From NCBI GenBank assembly GCA_030390025.1, contig CM059438.1, positions 61,816,001 to 61,880,000 of the forward strand: a stretch of DNA of 64,000 bases. Reading direction: 5' to 3'. Source of the stretch: Squalus acanthias. Taxonomy: Eukaryota. Positions 61,971 through 64,000 of the stretch are shown here, in pieces. The position numbers and the translations under genes are program-made. Position 1 is the stretch's first letter; each line of letters starts with the position of its first letter. Under the pieces are notes generated by a model. It made no database searches, was not told where the DNA came from, and saw only the letters and a program-made list of their open reading frames with translations.

Positions 61971-61997
61971 TTAGGAGGCCCCCCAGCTACTTGGGTT

Positions 61998-62299
61998 TAG
62001 GATTGCCAGCTGTGGTTGGAGGTTTCGTCACATGACCTCTCGCCTCCAACCACCCCCGGCCCACGTTCCTGCCATTGGTTGTCCAACATGCCCGTCATCG
62101 CGGCACACCACCTTCCCACGGCCAATTGGAAAGCAAACAGACTCTCCGTTACCCATTGGATGATTATTGACTGTCATTCGAACAGTCTTTTTTTCCCCAT
62201 CTCCAATATTTTTCTCCCGGGTTTCTGGCAGCAGTGTCTGGGAGATTCGTCTTTCATTCCCGGAGATGCCAGGACAATCCGGGAGGATTAGCAACCCTA
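61998..62299. mobile_element. hAT (Blackjack-like) MITE
   Basis: TIRs TAGGATTGCCA / TAGCAACCCTA and 8-bp TSD CTTGGGTT/ATTGGGTT. Confidence 0.75.
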
Positions 62300-62509
62300 A
62301 TTGGGTTGCACACGCATCCATTTCAGCACCTGATTTTGCCACAATATTGACAGAATCTCGCCGTCAGGTCACTGGCCTTGGATTGGCTCATTCAGGGAAT
62401 GGCGTGATGGGTCCTCAGAACCAGTCAGTTTGAATTCATGATAAATTCTAAATGTTACTCTTTTACATCAATTTGTAGCTAGGCCCAGTGTTGTGCCAAT
62501 TTAAGAAAT

Positions 62510-62900
62510 AAGCATCAGGAACTTCAATGTATAGAGTGTCCTCCATGCCATCAGGACATCCCAAAATGCTTCACAGCCAATTAATTACTTTTAAGTCACT
62601 GTTATAACGTAGGGGCACATGGCAGCTAATTTGCACACAGCAAGGTCCCACAAACAGCAATGAGATAAACCGGTTAATCTGTTTTTGGTCATGTTTAGTT
62701 AAAAAACATGACCCTGTTTAGTTGAGGGATAAATGTTGGCCGGGACACCGGGAGAACTCCTTGCTCTTCTTCAAATAGTACCATGGGGATCCTTTACACC
62801 CACCTGAACAGGTAGAAGGGGTTTAAATTCTCATCCGAAACACAGCACTACTTCGGGATTATGTGCTCAAGTTCAGGAGTGGGGCTGGAACTCACTGCCA
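62510..62900 (-). mobile_element. Diverged DeuSINE
   Basis: CAGCAAGGTCCCACAAACAGC..., GCTCTTCTTCAAATAGTACCATGGGGATC. Confidence 0.8.
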
Positions 62901-62953
62901 GCAAGGACTTAGAAAATTAACCCTTATTAGTCTTCCCTACCAATATGTACCTT

Positions 62954-63160
62954 TGTGAGAAGTCGCACAACACCAGGTTATAGTCCAACAGTTTTATTTG
63001 AAATCACAAGCTTTCGGAGCGCTGCTCCTTCGTCAGGACTTCACCTGACGAAGGAGCAGCGCTCCGAAAGCTTGTGATTTCAAATAAAACTGTTGGACTA
63101 TAACCTGGTGTTGTGCGACTTCTCACATTTGTCCAACCCAGTCCAACACCGGCATCTCCA
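62954..63160 (+). mobile_element. Penelope-like element terminal repeat with inverted duplication
   Basis: Perfect 84-bp inverted arms (62954-63037 / 63044-63127), flanked by direct repeat CAATATGTACCTT (62941-62953, 63161-63173). Confidence 0.85.
63041..63077 (+). ncRNA. Minimal type I hammerhead ribozyme
   Basis: TCAC-CTGACGA-A-GGAG(CAGCG)CTCC-GAAA-GC-TT-GTGA: stem I, catalytic core, stem II and palindromic AGCT stem III. Confidence 0.8.
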
Positions 63161-63214
63161 CAATATGTACCTTGTGATTGTTGCTTGGAGTAAGAAACCA
63201 GTGTAGGGGACGGA

Positions 63215-63282
63215 ACACATACACATATATATATACATATATATATATACACATAGACGCATACATACACACACACATGCAC
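63215..63282. repeat. (TA)n/(CA)n microsatellite
   Basis: Directly visible. Confidence 0.9.
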
Positions 63283-63734
63283 AACTGCAAGTCAGTGGCA
63301 GGTTAACAGTCAATCAGTAAGTGGGTCCCTGAGTAGGTGTTAATTATTGTGGCTGGAAGTTGGCTGACCAGTTGTAACTCGTGTGTTTCTGAAGGTGTAC
63401 ATTAGAGGGATAGCTGCAAAAACCGAGCTTGGTGAGAGTTGGGTGAATTTGCTAAACGGAGTGACGACGGGAATTTGGTGAGAGTGGGAAGGAGGTGTAG
63501 AGGGGGAATGAGGTGCTAAGTAATTTAAACCAAGGGGCAACAGTAAATACATAAATAAATAATCAGAATAATGAATTCAATCTAAGAGGATACAATTTAA
63601 ATTAACTAAGTAGAGGATACCAACATTAAAGGGATCTGAATTGCATTGAATAAAAATCTGGTATACACAAATAATAAATAGGAGTTAGGGGGATACTAAA
63701 ATAAAGAAGTCAGTAAACAAAAAAAACAAGACTA

Positions 63735-63871
63735 CGACAAAAGCAAAATACTGCGGATGCTGGAAATCTGAAATAAAAACAGAAAATGCTGGGAATACTC
63801 AGCAGGTCAGGCAGCATCTGTAGAGAGAGAAACAGAGTTAACGTTTCAGGTCGATGACCCTTCGTCAGAAC
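63735..63871 (-). mobile_element. Second Penelope-like terminal fragment
   Basis: Flanked by direct repeat AACAAGACTA (63725-63734, 63869-63878) and carries a hammerhead motif. Confidence 0.75.
63837..63871 (-). ncRNA. Minimal type I hammerhead ribozyme
   Basis: Minus strand reads GTT-CTGACGA-AG-GGTC(ATC)GACC-T-GAAA-CG-TT-AAC, with palindromic ACGT stem III. Confidence 0.78.
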
Positions 63872-64000
63872 AAGACTAATTAGTTACAAATTAATCTGCA
63901 ATCAAGCTAAATACATCTACGAAATATAATCTAGATCTCAAGTAATTCTATTATACTAGAATTAAATTACTACTAACAATTAATAAATAAAAACTAGAAA

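Overview
Eukaryotic, repeat-dense vertebrate DNA. The repeat complement (CR1 LINEs, V-SINE/HE1-like and DeuSINE/SacSINE1-like SINEs, Harbinger, hAT and Penelope elements) points to a cartilaginous fish, probably a shark; this is inferred from repeat families. Two long satellites occupy about 19 kb: a 32-bp unit at 1-7170 and a ~30-33-bp G-rich unit at ~24667-36450 with a 1999-bp higher-order repeat. Two spliced genes can be built by hand from splice sites and phases, and they converge tail to tail. (i) A minus-strand STPG3-like (sperm-tail PG-rich repeat) gene has a candidate non-coding exon 1 next to an RFX X-box and GC box (~61.05-61.2 kb) and coding exons at 55221-55654, 48749-48939, 46470-46552, 42306-42405 and 40430-40581. 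(ii) The last two exons of an unidentified plus-strand gene are a 27-nt microexon at 37314-37340 and a terminal exon from 39286, giving the C-terminus GKEELGDESLYEAEEMKEPGAYTDPV. A palindromic two-way poly(A) signal lies between the genes. Other notable items: a nested PIF/Harbinger complex (transposase plus two head-to-head Myb/SANT-partner ORF segments), four solo LTRs (one with a tRNA-like arm at its end), two Penelope-type insertions each with a minimal hammerhead ribozyme, and a V-SINE pair with swapped LINE-derived tails. No database searches were run; family names rest on recalled motifs.
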